Source of the DNA: Octopus vulgaris
Lineage: Eukaryota
Reading direction: 5' to 3'
DNA: 64,000 bases
Assembly: GCA_951406725.2 (NCBI GenBank)
Contig: OX597834.1
Coordinates: 43,462,001 to 43,526,000 of the forward strand
A program made the position numbers and the translations under genes. Numbering within the stretch: position 1 is the stretch's first letter; the number at the start of each line of letters is the position of its first letter. Shown in pieces: positions 25,916 to 40,427 of the stretch. The notes beneath the pieces were generated by a model. The model searched no databases and was not told the DNA's origin. It saw nothing but the letters and a program-made list of their open reading frames with translations.

Positions 25916-27500
25916 TTAGTAATTTATTCGTAAAATACGATATGATCTTGTGAAAGACCTGAAATGGAATTGCTGAAATATGGAATCATATAGTCTATAG
26001 GTTCTCCTGTTAAGAATATTCGACTTGAATTCGATAATACAGTTTGATATATGCATCCGTTTTACCAACCAAGACCGGATTAGTAATCGGTGAAACCATG
26101 GATATATTTATAATCCATTTAGAGTTGCTCTTGAGCAAGTTTCTTAACCTAGACGCGAAGTGGTGAGAAGATAGGACTACTTGCTGTACGTCACATTTGT
26201 TGCTTTATTGACATCGAAAGGATGAAAGTAAATATGTTCTGAATGATATTTTGACTTAGTAGGTAAAAAAGCGTAACCTATTAGCCTCTTGGGTGTGTTC
26301 TCAACCCCCTACGTTAATTATAATAATAAATTGCTGGTAATTCAAATTAATGATTTCTGACAAGGGCATGGCATCTTTTTCCATTTAATCGACTCCACTA
26401 TTTGAAAAACATTTATTTTCATCGGCTCCGTAAGGATAAAAGAGCAGAAACACCCCTGCTGTCGCTCTGTATTTAGGACTTAATTAAATACCACGAGGCA
26501 TTTTTGTCTACAGTGTATCCATCTTCTCAGTCTCCCTCCTCTGTAATTTCTTTAATCATACCGAGAAAATCGTTTGAAGCAATTATATTTTCTTCGCCAC
26601 CAAATCTCTTAAGACATGTTAAACAATGTTTTATTGAAGGTAACATATAAATAATGGTTTGTTTATCTTTAACTCGCTTACTTAACTCTCATGATTTTGC
26701 GATATAATTTTTATTTATTTTTCTCATTAAGTTTGTGCCAAGTATTATATATTTATTTATATTTTTTCGTATTTTAGATCTTCTGGCGTTGGTTTCTAAT
26801 CAGTTTGCCTACACAGATATTGCCATGTATCACTTCATACGCTTTTGATATAAAATTCCTAATGCTGGTAATCTCCCTCTATTTCATATGCAATTTTCAC
26901 ATCGCGTATAAATAAAAAAAACGAAATTAGGTTAAATAGATGAAGACATTTTGGAATGAAGGGTAATCGTTTTAGTTTGCATTAAACGTTCGAAATTATA
27001 ATCCGTCAGTGATCATTGCTCGTTTATAGATCAAGAAGTGGTTATATGTCACACCAACCAGTTTAAAAAAGCTGCGTCACGATCCATTGATACAAGTATA
27101 CAATTTCCCTGTTATTTTCTCTCTAATATATAAATGAGGATAAGATCATTATTTAAATACCGATCTTATCAGGTGGCCAGCATGGGAACAAAAACCTTCA
27201 AATGTAATAATTATTATTAAAATCATAATTTATGGTATCTAAGAGATACCACCACGCTGGAAGTAGCAGCCAAAACTTGACTCTAAAACACATAAAATGT
27301 TCTTACAGCACCAGGAGAGAAGACAAAGAGACAAAATAAACTAGCAAAAAATTACTGGATAACTTCAGATCCCGGATTTCTGACTCTGCATAAGAAATGC
27401 TGTTTTCATCAGTGGAATATACTCAGAGAGCACATAAATACAGATATATATATATGATATACGAATACTTACATATACGAATGTATACATACATATATCT

Positions 27501-27730
27501 ATTTCTTTATTACCCACAAGGGGCTAAACACAGAGAGGACAAACAAGGACAGACATAGCTATTAAGTCGATTACATCGACCCCAGTGCGTAACTGGTACT
27601 TAATTTATCGACCCCGAAAGGATGAAAGGCAAAGTCGACCTCGGCGGAATTTGAACTCACAACGTAACGGCAGACGAAATACCGCTAAGCATTTCGCCCG
27701 GCGTGCTAACGTTTCTGCCAGCTCGCCGCC
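27501..27730 (-). mobile_element. young SINE family A with 15-bp TSD
   Basis: Near-consensus; TSD TACATACATATATCT at 27486-27500 and 27733-27747. Confidence 0.92.
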
Positions 27731-27802
27731 TCTACATACATATATCTGCACGTATGCACACGACCAGATTAAATTGCCTGCCTATGATCAACAAACAATG
27801 GT

Positions 27803-27993
27803 TCGCCGGTCGAAATGCTCAGCAGTATTTCGTCTGACATTTATTTTCTGAGTTCAAATTCCGCCAAGGTCGACTTTGCCTTTTATTCTTTCTGGATCGT
27901 AAAATTAAGTACCAGTTGTGTACTGGAGCCCATCTAATCGACTAGCCTCCTTCCAAAAAGTTTCGAGCCTTGAGCCTAGAGCAGAAAAGAATA
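27803..27993 (+). mobile_element. SINE family A copy (AGTAGAAAAGAAT tail variant)
   Basis: GAAATGCTCAGCAGTATTTCG..GAGTTCAAATTCCGCC..AAGTACCAGTT. Confidence 0.8.
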
Positions 27994-28417
27994 ACTATTA
28001 AATGGGCTGCATCTTGACATTAATAGTCCCGTTAAGATGTATAATCCCTTAAGATGTATAATTCCTCATATCTTCGGACGCAGACCAAAGGTGGAGAAAC
28101 ACTGTTCATATCCAGACAACATCGGTTCGATTCGTATCGTTGCCATATTGAAATTGGAATGTATTTCGAAACATGAACGGATACAATGATCAGTAAATTT
28201 TCATGTAATTCCTAGTCTGATTGTTACAAAATATCTGAGTAGACAGGAGAGCCATGGCTAGAAGGCCTCTAATCATATGCTACATTGGTAAGGGCTGATT
28301 TGAAGCTCAACAACAAATAATCATTTTCTGAATGATGCCATTTTGTTTTTCTTTTTTATATTTTCTTTCTTTGTTATTTTCTTGCCTCGCAACTCATCGT
28401 ATTTATATCATGACAGA

Positions 28418-28418
28418 A

Positions 28419-28494
<76 letters not shown>

Positions 28495-29072
28495 CAAACA
28501 AACAAACAAACATAAAAGAAGACACTCAAATAATAATTTGAAGTAAATGCCATTAGAAAATTAGTAATTTAATTAATTTAATTAATTAAATACATTTCTT
28601 TAGTTTTTTATGTTTTTCGTTTTTCATTGACATTTCAAAATGATTCGTGTTAATTTCTTGTACATATACATACATATATATACATACATATACGCGCAGA
28701 CACACACATATACATATATATGTGTGTGTGTTTGTGTCTGTTTGTGTCTGTGTCTATGTGCTTTTGTGTAAAGATTTATATATGTGTGTATGTGTATGTA
28801 AGTCTATGTGTGTATGCATACGTGTGTGTATATGTGTGTATATCGTTTTTTTTTCTTTACCATTAGAGTTTTATGGTATTTTTTCTTCTCCCTCTTTCCC
28901 TCGGTGTCGTCAAACTCGTTATTTCGTTTCATCTTATAACTTACAAGCTATTTTTTCTTCTTTCTTTTTATTAAAGTTTAATTCAAACTCCTGTGTTTAT
29001 CAGAAATGTTCTCTCATCTCACCTCGTGGTTAGTTCGGATAATGATTATTCAGAAGGAGAAACAAAATACCA

Positions 29073-29107
<35 letters not shown>

Positions 29108-29235
29108 CAACAACAACAATAATAACAAAAAAAATAATAACAATAAAAATAATAATCATAATAATTATAATAACAATAATAATAATAATAATAACAATAA
29201 TATCAACAGCAATAATAATAACAATAATAATACTA

Positions 29236-29303
<68 letters not shown>

Positions 29304-29490
29304 AACAAGAACAACAACAATAATAATACTAATAATAACAACAACAACTAATAATAATAATAATAACAACAACAACTTGTAATAATAATAATAATAACAA
29401 TAACAACAACAATAATAATACTAACTACAACAACAGCAACAACTACAATAATGACAACCACAACAACAACAATAACCTCAGCAACGACAT
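28418..29490. repeat. (AAT)n/(AAC)n trinucleotide tracts with an intervening (TG)n and unique sequence
   Basis: (AAT)n 28418-28492 and (AAT/AAC)n 29072-29490. Confidence 0.85.
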
Positions 29491-29919
29491 CACACAGAAT
29501 TAACTCTTTGCATTAATTTGAGTCTTTGCAAATCATGCTTGAAATTAAATTTTCTTACTTTTCATTCATAGCATTCTTTATTTATTTAATTATTGATTCG
29601 AAACGAAATGTAAAATACCCGAGGAATTATCTGTAGAGAATTGGTTTAGCAAAGATGATAATAGAAAGACAGAACTTCAATTACTGAGAAAAACACAGGC
29701 TTAAACGTAATAAGAATAATGATAATAATTCTGATTCTATTGAATTCTTATTCAGGAAATCTGAGGAGGATTATCGGAGATATTATGTTAGGTCCCAGTA
29801 ATACCTTCGGTTCGGATCAAATGACTGAATGCTTACTCGGCATTGTTCTCTCAAACCAAGGAATTCACTGCCACCATCATTCTCATCCTTGTCTTTGTCT
29901 CTTCGCTCAAAATAATCCT

Positions 29920-30132
29920 TTTTAGTAAAGGGAAAAGGCCTGAATTTTAGTGGAAGGGTACTAGTCGATTATATCGAGTCCAGTGTTTCACTGGTGCTTA
30001 ATTTATCGACTCCGAAAGGATGAAAGGCAAAGTCGACCTCGGCGGAACTTGAACTCAGAACGCAGCGGCGGATGAAATGCCACAAGGCATTTCGCCCGGC
30101 GTGCTAAAGGATTCTGCCAGCCCGCCGCCTTA
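29920..30132 (-). mobile_element. SINE family A
   Basis: ATCGACTCCGAAAGGATGAAAGGCAAAGTCGACCTCGGCGG...CTGCCAGCCCGCCGCC. Confidence 0.88.
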
Positions 30133-30275
30133 AATATTTAGTAAGACCACTCTGTGATTCCTGGCAGAAATTGGAAACCTTTGCCTGTGTGTTGTGTTAC
30201 TACTTCTAAATACCCTCACCTACTGGGCCACCAGAGTTGCAACTCTTCACTCAGAATAATGGGAATCTGCTTCTC

Positions 30276-30378
30276 AGCAGCAGCAGCATCACCACCACCA
30301 CCTCCAACACCACCACCACCACCACCACCACCACCTCCACCACCACCACCACCACCACCATCATCATCATCCTCGTCG

Positions 30379-30438
<60 letters not shown>

Positions 30439-30539
30439 ATAACAACTACAACTTTCACATTAGCATTTCCGCTAGAACTACATCATCACCATCACCGTCA
30501 TCATCGTCGTCGTCATCATTATCATCAACATCATCATCG

Positions 30540-30598
<59 letters not shown>

Positions 30599-30673
30599 AT
30601 GTATGTATGTATGTATGTATGTATGTATGTATGTATGGTATGTACGTATAGATGCTTCACATAGATGCTTCAC

Positions 30674-30706
<33 letters not shown>

Positions 30707-30710
30707 TAAT
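30276..30710. repeat. (CAG)(CAC)n(CAT)n(TA)n(TATG)n compound repeat
   Basis: Direct inspection. Confidence 0.9.
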
Positions 30711-30751
30711 ATGAATCTCTGAACGAGGTATAGACAGTAGCTGCAAGACGA

Positions 30752-31288
30752 TGTGGAGTATATTTGCCACTTAAATGTGGCTAACCACTAAGGGCGGACG
30801 CTACTGTAGCTTTTATCCCCAGGAGAACATCTTCTCCAGATGGCTATTGACACACCTTCTGTGTCCTATCAGTATTTGCAAAGAGAAGCCATCCTTCTCA
30901 TTGTCGAAATGATGTGATACGCACGGACCCGGGTTTCTGGGTATTTACCCGTCATCCGCGCACGACAATCACCGGTCTTCGATGCGAAGGGGTCCTAATC
31001 AGTGAATTTTCGTCACTTGAAAAAGGATGTATGTATTTGCATTGGGACCCCTTCGCATCGAAGACCGTTGATTGTCGTGCGCGGATGACGGGTAAATACT
31101 CAGAAACCCGGGTCTGTGCGTATCACATCAGGTCGACGATGGGACGGATGGCTTCCCGTTGCAAATACTGATAGGGCACAGAAAGTGTGTCAATAGCCAA
31201 CTGGAGAAGATGGACTCCTGTGGCTACAAGCTACAGTAGCATCCACCCATAGTGGTTAGCCACATTTAAGTGTCAAACAAACTTTACA
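30752..31288. mobile_element. foldback/MITE with about 248-bp inverted arms and 41-bp spacer
   Basis: Arm 30752-30999 is the reverse complement of 31041-31288. Confidence 0.9.
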
Positions 31289-31447
31289 CACACTCACACA
31301 CACACACACACACACACACGCACATTCACACATACACATATATATATAGATATATACATATATAGAGATGTAGATAGATAGATACATACATATACATATT
31401 TATGTTATGCATACATATATATACATGTATATACATATGTATGTATA

Positions 31448-31530
<83 letters not shown>

Positions 31531-32414
31531 ACTTTATCTTTCTCTACAGTAGTCAAAGAAACCTGACAGATAATATCGATCTCTATATATTATTCTCCCG
31601 ACATCTCCAGACATACGAACACACATGCACGCACACACAAACACTCTCATATGCGTGTGTTGTTGTGTGTATGTATATATATATAGACTAGTCACTATAA
31701 ATATCAATGTACTTATATAACACTATGTATTGCGTGTGTCTGTGTACATGTAACTGTATGACGAAGGAAGTGTTCACTATTCCTTCTTGTGCAACCGATC
31801 AAACTTACACACACACACTTACGCGGCCGCACACGCACTTACGCATAAACTCACACACGCACCAAACACACACCTACAAACACAGCACCATTCCGACATT
31901 TCGATTTGTGTAACAATGGTTCGTTTCTTTCAAATTGATTCTTCTTCCACGTGATTTTAATCATAATTTCTGCTTTTCTCAAAAATGGCCGACAATCGCT
32001 TCTATCTACCTCGCCTCTCCCGTCGCCGTCGTTTTCCCTTACTTCTTCTAACAAAGTGTGCAACATAATTGGAAAGGCTATAACGTATTTCCTCTACTTC
32101 TGTTGCGATTGCAATCATCTCTTGCTAATCCCAGATGGATCACGTCAAACGCAACTGACGCTCAAATTTGAGCTTCTTCTCCACTTCCTGACTTTATATC
32201 TTATATTCTATTTGGACACCATCGATCATATTTCATTTAAAATATTGGCCAATTTTAATTTCCCATCAATTTGTTTTTAGTTTAATATAATTGTAAACGT
32301 CTATCTTTTCATTTTCCTTTCTTTTTTCCCCTTGTTGTTTGTTTCGTATTTATTTACTTATTTTGGCTTTCGTTTTTACAAAATTATTCTTGATTCTACA
32401 AGATTTATGATGGC

Positions 32415-32447
32415 TAGTGTTGATGTTGTTGCTGTTGCTGTTATGGC

Positions 32448-32519
<72 letters not shown>

Positions 32520-32705
32520 GTAGTGGTGATGGCGGTGGAGGTGGTGGTGATGGTGGTGGTAGTAGTAGTAGTAGTTGTGGTAGTAGTGGTGTGGTGGTCG
32601 TGATGCTGTCCTCGTCGTCGTCGTCATCACCATCATCATCAACATCATCATCAACATCATTATCATCATTATCATCATCATCATCATCATCACCATCATC
32701 ATCAC

Positions 32706-32740
<35 letters not shown>

Positions 32741-32741
32741 A

Positions 32742-32815
<74 letters not shown>

Positions 32816-32890
32816 CCGTCGTTGCGATCGTGGTTGCAGTCGTCGTCGCGTTCGACGTGGTGGTCGTTATCGTCGTCGTCTTCATCTTTG
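32415..32890. repeat. (ATT)n/(GGT)n/(CAT)n compound trinucleotide repeat
   Basis: Direct inspection; source of the 183-223 aa homopolymer ORFs. Confidence 0.95.
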
Positions 32891-33130
32891 GGAATATACA
32901 ATACTTATGTCGATGCTGATGCTGTTTTCTTGTTTCCTTTCCATTCAAATTATATCTTCTTATATAATATTTTTTTCCCAGCCACCCACCTATCACTGTT
33001 TTTTTTAAATTTTCTTTTATTTTTATTTTCTGTTTCACTTAACATATTCTCCACTCATTTTATTTCAAATGTTATATATGGCCAGTAGACGTTTTAATTC
33101 AATAGTTTCTTCCCTTTGGAATTGTACACA

Positions 33131-33172
<42 letters not shown>

Positions 33173-33789
33173 AGCACACATACACTTTCACACGCAGACA
33201 CACACAAACACACACACGCAGACACACACACACATACACGCATATACATATGCTTCCATGAATGAAGAGATGTGGACATTTTCAGTAAATACGTATTTGT
33301 GTATGCCTCTGGGCGCATCTGCCTGCGTGCGTGTGTGTGTGTATGTATGTGTATGTATGTGTATGTATGTGTGTGTGTAGGTGGTGTGTAGAGTTAAGGA
33401 ATATACGTTGGTTTCTACGATCACTACTCAATGGTCTGATCAACAGAAATACGAAACTAGTTCAATGACCGTGTAGTTGACCGATCATTCGGTGGATACG
33501 ATCCTTACGACGCTGTGTAACGGGTCTGTATCTTTGACTTTCAACCATAATTCAGCTGATGAGCTGTATTTCACACACACACTTGGGTTGGTCTGAAGTG
33601 TATGCAAACTACACCCTCCAAGATTATTTGTAAGGTAATCGAATCCGACATCATGTTCTTATAAAACGAACTTCTTAATCGTAGTAAGGGCTCTTTATTC
33701 TCACCTATGACCTAAAACAACTTGTTGCTATTATCCGCTGTTTTCCACTGGAAGATATTGGTCTGATATACAAGGACCCATACGACTGA

Positions 33790-34178
33790 CCAAAAACATC
33801 AGAAATATTGTTGATTCTCCTCTGACGATCACCATCCAAAAGCTGATCGATATTCTCCCCGTCTCCGGGGCTGACGGTTATGGCAAGTCTTCCTGATTGC
33901 TCATCGCCTTTAAGGGACGTTCTTCTCCTTTTGGAGGGTTCGTGCTAACCAAAGCATTGCGTACGACCCATTGTCTCGTCGCCGTAGGTATATCGACGCA
34001 TGTTGAATGTCTCTGTAGTAGATTTCCGAAGTTTAACACAAAATTTTACGCTGGCTCTTTGTCCCAACTTCCTGTCGACGACAAAATTCCAGACTACAGC
34101 ATACGGCTGATCACATAGACGTAAATTTAAGAATTTGTGAAGTAAACACAGCGATGTCACTCGACACACTGCCTCTTG
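33790..34178 (-). pseudogene. mariner transposase N-terminal remnant
   Basis: QRASVKFCVKLRKSTTETFNMRRYTYGDETMGRTQCF...RRTSLKGDEQSGRLAI (mariner HTH region and GRP-like motif). Confidence 0.85.
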
Positions 34179-34221
34179 TATACGTGTATGTATGTATGTA
34201 TGTATGTATTTGTTTTACATT

Positions 34222-34328
34222 TATCACCCCATTGTGGCTACCCCCAATATCATACCACTTTTCTTCAACACCCCATTGGATCTTTCTACCGCCTCTAAGG
34301 GGGAAATATCGCCCACTTTGGGAACCAC
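34222..34328 (+). mobile_element. hAT-type (Charlie/Buster-like) MITE terminus
   Basis: Ends GGGGGAAATATCGCCCACTTTGGGAACCAC, matching the reverse complement of the hAT TIR CAGTGGTTCCCAA. Confidence 0.5.
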
Positions 34329-34987
34329 ATATCTACACAATGTATCTTCAGTTCTGATAAGCCATGTCTTTCACAATCGTACGGTAACATTTTCTGACTG
34401 TTTTTGTCTTCTATTTTATACCTTAGTCTAACGAATAAATCCAGCTTTTATTTTATACAAGGTCTCTTATATCCATGAGCTATTACAGTATAGGATATCT
34501 GGTCTAACTTCTGACAATACAGTGACTTCTACGTAAGTCGCACAGGGATAGGGGATTGTGCTAAGCTGGGAGACGTACCATGGTGACCACTCGATTACAA
34601 TTAAAACCGCAGTCTACTGGACATCATTACATTCTCCCTGTTTCACATCTGGCTAATTACAATGACAAAACTTGGCAAAATCTGGGACTATCACCGAAAG
34701 CACTTTCATAGTAAACCGTGAAATGAGAGTGAACCTGAAACAGAGCGGGATATAAATAGGCCATCTTCCTTTCCGTATAGATGCGACTATACTTAGGTTT
34801 AGGTGTTACGTACAGTAGCACACGTCCCTGCTGTATATTTTCAGACTAAATTTCTTCAAATACTTTGAAAGATCTCTCAGACAGGTTAAGTAATGTTTAC
34901 TTTCATAACTGATCGAACAAACATTTGGTTAAAGGTATCATCTCATGATCACCTTATATGTTTGTAGTTCAGAAACTACTTAATCTA

Positions 34988-35348
34988 CTCTTTTACTTAT
35001 TCCATTCATTTGACTGCGGCCATGCTGGAGCACCGCCTTGAGTTGAGCAAATCGACCTCAGGACTTATTCTTTGGAAGCCTAGTAGTTATTCTATCGGGT
35101 TCTTTTTTGCCGAAACACTAAGTTACGGGGACGTAAACACACTAACATCGCTTGTCAAGCATATACATACATATATATACATATATACAACGGGCTTCTT
35201 TCAGTTTCCGTCAACCAAATCCACTCACAAGGCTTTGGTCGGCCCAAGGCTATAGTAGAAGTCACTTGACCAAGGTGCCATGCAGTGGGAATGAACCCGG
35301 AACCATGTGGTTGGTAAGCAAGCTACTTACCACACAGTCACTTCTGCA
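34988..35348 (-). mobile_element. SINE family B (CORE-like, internal microsatellite), near full length
   Basis: Minus-strand head GTGACTGTGTGGTAAGTAGCTTGCTTACC..GGTTCATTCCC..GCACCTTGGTCAAGTGAC. Confidence 0.88.
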
Positions 35349-37000
35349 CTTATATCTGTTGTATTTTTCTTTATACTTGCCGATGATGGGAGAGCGATTT
35401 GATGGAAAATTGTCTGTTATTTCTAGCAGGTCATGTTCACGTATGACCACCCTGAAATTATTGGTTGAGCAGAAAAAAACATTGCTTGAGTTATAAAGAA
35501 GTGTCAAATATCACACACAACGCCCCCTTGTGAGTTAAAAAGTGGAGACGGTATTGCACAAGGAAGAATAAGCAACCGAATCTTTCTCCAATCAGAGTCG
35601 AGATACAAGAAAGAGGAAATACGTAGAGTGAGCTAAATTATATCCGAAGCAATTAAGCTAATGAATTTATTTGAGCTAATATTCTTTTACCCTTTGCAAG
35701 TATGACAAAGTACGTACGTACAGAGTTCTGTCACATACTTACTAAAAACCTTATAATAATATGATTCATTGATCTCGTGGTGTACGTACCTTATTGCATG
35801 TGTATTAAGGTACTTGATGATCGCTACATTGAATATCTTAACACTTTTGACTTTGTCTAAAGAGAAAGAACGCTTATATTTGGAATGCGTTTGATCGTGT
35901 GTCTGGTCGATCAGGCTTCACCTGAAGCTAATTAAATACAACAAATTTGATATTATCTAGTAAGTTATTAATGACAACTTGCGCTGTGTAATTACATCCA
36001 GCGGTTAGATATTTTCATTTCTAGGATTTGTATGTTTTCTAATAACCAAGAGCAAATAAGTGGAAGATACATTCTTTCTTTCTTACCTTAAATTATCTCT
36101 TTAACGCAGTAAAACAGAAAACTATTAACTGAAATGTTCATATGTAATATAGTAAATAGTGTTGCCAAATTGTCCCTGTTGAAAAGATTCTTTATAATTC
36201 ATTTCTTGTTATTTTATAGAAATATTTCACTGGAAATATTACACGAAATTAGCTGCTGATCGACATCATCATATGACAAATATCAAACACACATATGTAT
36301 ACATACATATTGACACACGAACACACAAACACATATGTGCACACTTTATTTCTTTACCACGAAAAATAATAACACAATACCGCTAAAAGCTAGTTCCCTT
36401 ATCTCTAAGGAATAATCCCTACTATCTTCAAGATCCAATCATCCTCCAACTTGAAATTATGAATTCCCTAAGTCTATGTTACAATTAGCTTAGACCAAAT
36501 ATTTCTTGCCAATTTATCCAGCTGTCTCCTACATCTACCTATATGATTGCTTCACTTCCAATCTTCCTTAATGTCAGTCTTCACATATAGCTGTCCGTTT
36601 GCAATCCTGAAGTTTTCGTCCTTCCACCTATTTCTTCTTTCATTACGTTTCTCTATAATAGCTAATAAAGATAGAAACGTTAAATCTCCATCATTTACTT
36701 TCACTTTCTTATTCAAATGAGTGTGTGTGTGTATATACAAGAAAATCTATAACATTTAATTGGCATAGGCTGAGATCCAAATCTTGCTACGTCTTAAGCA
36801 CAAACGTGTTAGATGTTTGTGTGGAGAGGAAGCAGTTTGGTGAAAATTATTGAATACATTGTACTTTCATTGATTCCGCATGCTTGTTACACCGAGTATT
36901 TTGCTTACTATTATTAAATACTAAATATATACGCACATTGTACGTACACGTGAATAAATTATATGCATGAATTGCATTCAAGCATATAGCTATACATAAT

Positions 37001-37060
<60 letters not shown>

Positions 37061-37064
<4 letters not shown>

Positions 37065-37372
37065 TTGGTGTTGCTGTGTGGTAAGTAGCTTGCTTACGAA
37101 CCACATAGTTCCAGGTTCAGTACCACTGCGTGGCATCTGGGCAACTGTTTTCTACTATAGCCTCGGGTCGACCAAAGGCGATGTTCCAGTATGGCGAAGA
37201 CTGCAAACTGGCAGAATCGTTAGCACGTCAGGTAGAATTATTTGCTGCGTTTCGTTCATCTTTGTGTTCTGAGTTCAAATTCTGCTGAAATGGACTTTGC
37301 ATTTTACTTTACGAGGTCGTTAAAAAAAAAGCATCATTTGAGCATTGGGATCGATGTAATCAACTTACCTCC
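37061..37372 (+). mobile_element. SINE family B 5' half joined to a SINE family A copy
   Basis: B head 37061-37176, then ACTGGCAGAATCGTTAGCACG..GAGTTCAAATT. Confidence 0.75.
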
Positions 37373-37554
37373 TCTCATGAGAGAGAGAGAAGAAAGAGGG
37401 AGGGAGAGAGAGAGAAGAGGGAGTTGTATTCATGTTGTTATCCAAACAATATACAGGTCTGTGGTTTTACATATACCAGGTTCTGTTTAGTTACTGTACA
37501 CAGCACCGTATGGTGGAGAATTCATGTATAGTCTGGTTTTCTTCTTCATGTTGT

Positions 37555-38100
37555 AGTTGTTTGTCTACACGTAACACTGAAAAATCTGATCTATAATGAA
37601 AGGTACTCCGGCCATGACCATACCCTGGGCATTGCATGTTGATATCATTCAGATTTCACCTGTGTTTAAGTCAGCAGAAAGCGGGAAGGCCAGTTATCAA
37701 AGGCGTATCTATTACGACCATGCCTTGAGTTATTCCCCCAGATATAGTGGACTGAATTTACAATATGAAATGTGTTCTGGTTTAAACTGCTAAACAATGA
37801 ATTTGAGGGACATTTGGCTGTTTCTTTTAGGAAAACCAACACCTTACAGAATCTTTTAGTTGTTCCACAATCCGATGCTGTTCTTGATGTTGATTTGGTT
37901 AGCACAAGGTCTGTCCTGAAGGAACACATTAGTGATCAAAGTTATTCCATTTACGGCCATCACTTCCTAGCCTTTCAGTCATAGTGTTTCTACTATAGAC
38001 ATGATTATTTAATGTAATATTTAGCAAAATGAAAGAGGAATATTTAGCTGTTCTGTCATGCAGGTCTAGCGGCAACGTGGAGGTTCCGTGTGTTATCCAG
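37555..38100 (-). mobile_element. two degenerate SINE family E copies
   Basis: (GTT)n start, GATCAAAG.TATTCC..GGCCATGACCAT and ATTTGGCTGTT motifs each occur twice. Confidence 0.45.
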
Positions 38101-39333
38101 AAGTAGATTACCGTGATGTCGCTGACGACTTAGAACGAAACCATCTTCTGTTAGTCTGAGTCATTCCTTATCCACAGACTCATAATGTGACTCGAACGAA
38201 TTATGACTCAACTAACGTTCTTCCAAATTTAAATACAGAATATAAAAAAAAAATAATCAATCTTTTCATGATACGACCCTCTTCTTATAACGAAAGGAAA
38301 TTTCATTCTTCTATATTTGAAGATTTTTCTCGAAGCTAATCGTATTAAAATGCTAAAGACGACAAAGGAGAAAAATTTAATCTAGATGTAAAATTAAATA
38401 AAAGAAGAAATAAAACGAAAAAGAAAAAAAATGCTCTAAACAAAAATGAAAGAAAGTATAAAAACGACCATCTTATAATTTTAGTTTTTAATAATTTAAT
38501 TTTAGCCTAATATCAAAATTAATTTATTGTATGTGTGGGTGTCATGACTTGTCCTTAACCGAACGCTGCCAAGATGTTTAATGAAGTCAGCGTCTTAATA
38601 AGAGCGAACAGAATAACTGAAATTGAATTCGAAATTGCTGTGAAGAATATATAATTAATGGTGTTTAAATTACGTTGTATTATCTACATTAGAATTAGCT
38701 TTAATTTGCTCAATTTTGCGAAGTTTACACGCGTCTTACATGCATCTTTAAACACATATACACATACATACACGCACATACACACTTGAACATATATATA
38801 TATATATATATCGATATTTGTGTGTGCGCTTGTGTCGGTGTGAACGTATGTCTATATGTATCTATAAACGAAAGCGTAAAAGAAGTGTGAAGAAATAAAA
38901 ATAAGAATAAATAAAAGCTATAAAAGAACATAACCAAAGGTTGTTTTTAATTTCCTTCAATTTTGTTACTGCTTTTTGTAGTAATTCTTCGTCTCGTTGT
39001 ATTTATTTATCGATTATATTCCAAGGAAGATGTTGCCTTCTCATACATGCCGTGAAATGTTCCTCTGATAAATTAATTTCATTTACTCATTTTTCTTAAT
39101 TAATTGGTGCGTTGGAAATTACTTTCAAGACTATTAATGCATTATTATGCTAAGATTCATCCTCTTCTCAAGACTAAAGGTGTCAGAAATTAATTAATGA
39201 TTCAATGTCAAGTGAAATTGGAGGGCTTTTCGAGAGCAGCATTTCATCTTCTCTTTTTCTCTTCCAACTATCTTTCCATCTCTTTTACTGTTCTTCTTTT
39301 CTGTGTGTCTTTCCCACCCATTGTCTTCCTCCA

Positions 39334-39335
<2 letters not shown>

Positions 39336-39393
<58 letters not shown>

Positions 39394-39550
39394 ATTCGCT
39401 CGCTTACTCTTCCTCTCAAACACATTTACTCACAAACACGCAGGCAGAAGTGTGTATATGCGACGAAAGAAGAAACCTACGTAATTATACATATGTTGTG
39501 CGTGTGTCTCTTTGAATATATATCTCATATATATATTTATGCATATGTAC

Positions 39551-39594
<44 letters not shown>

Positions 39595-39643
39595 AGATAT
39601 CCGCATACAAATATATTTGTATAAATATATATATATATATATG

Positions 39644-39708
<65 letters not shown>

Positions 39709-39718
39709 TATATGTCTC

Positions 39719-39780
<62 letters not shown>

Positions 39781-39894
39781 TGCATACATTCAGATAAGAT
39801 ATATATATAAATGTATATACATGTGTATAAATATATATATATACATATAATATATAGGCATATATGTAGATATACGCTTATATAAGTGTGTAGG

Positions 39895-39925
<31 letters not shown>

Positions 39926-39934
39926 TAAATACAT

Positions 39935-39977
<43 letters not shown>

Positions 39978-40082
39978 AATGAATATGTATGTGTCTGTAC
40001 GTGTGTATGCTTGTGTGTGTATTCGCACGCTCACCTACTTGCACAGAAATGTGTATGCATGTATAAAAAGAAAGATGTGCGT

Positions 40083-40120
<38 letters not shown>
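39336..40120. repeat. (CT)n/(TA)n/(TG)n compound microsatellite
   Basis: Direct inspection. Confidence 0.9.
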
Positions 40121-40427
40121 ATGATTGATAACACTTATTAAGCCAATAGAAAACACCATAGGTGTCATGAAATTTAGACATCATACAAAGCGAATGGAAA
40201 ACGAAAGAGCTCATGGCATTACATCTCCATTTATAAATGAACAAGAAAATTCGTTAATTATTATATATTTAAAGCCAGATAAATATATCGGGACACACAC
40301 AGACATACGAACCATGTGTACTTGTATATATATATATTTATATATACATGTATATACATATGCAAACATTTATTTCTTTGTATACATGTCATACTACATA
40401 AATGCATGTATTTATTGATAAATACCT

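Noticed and set aside
32350-33088. Poly-D/N/M/S/L ORFs (also at 29.0, 30.2, 55.2 and 61.0 kb)
   Set aside because: Trinucleotide repeats with no flanking protein-like sequence
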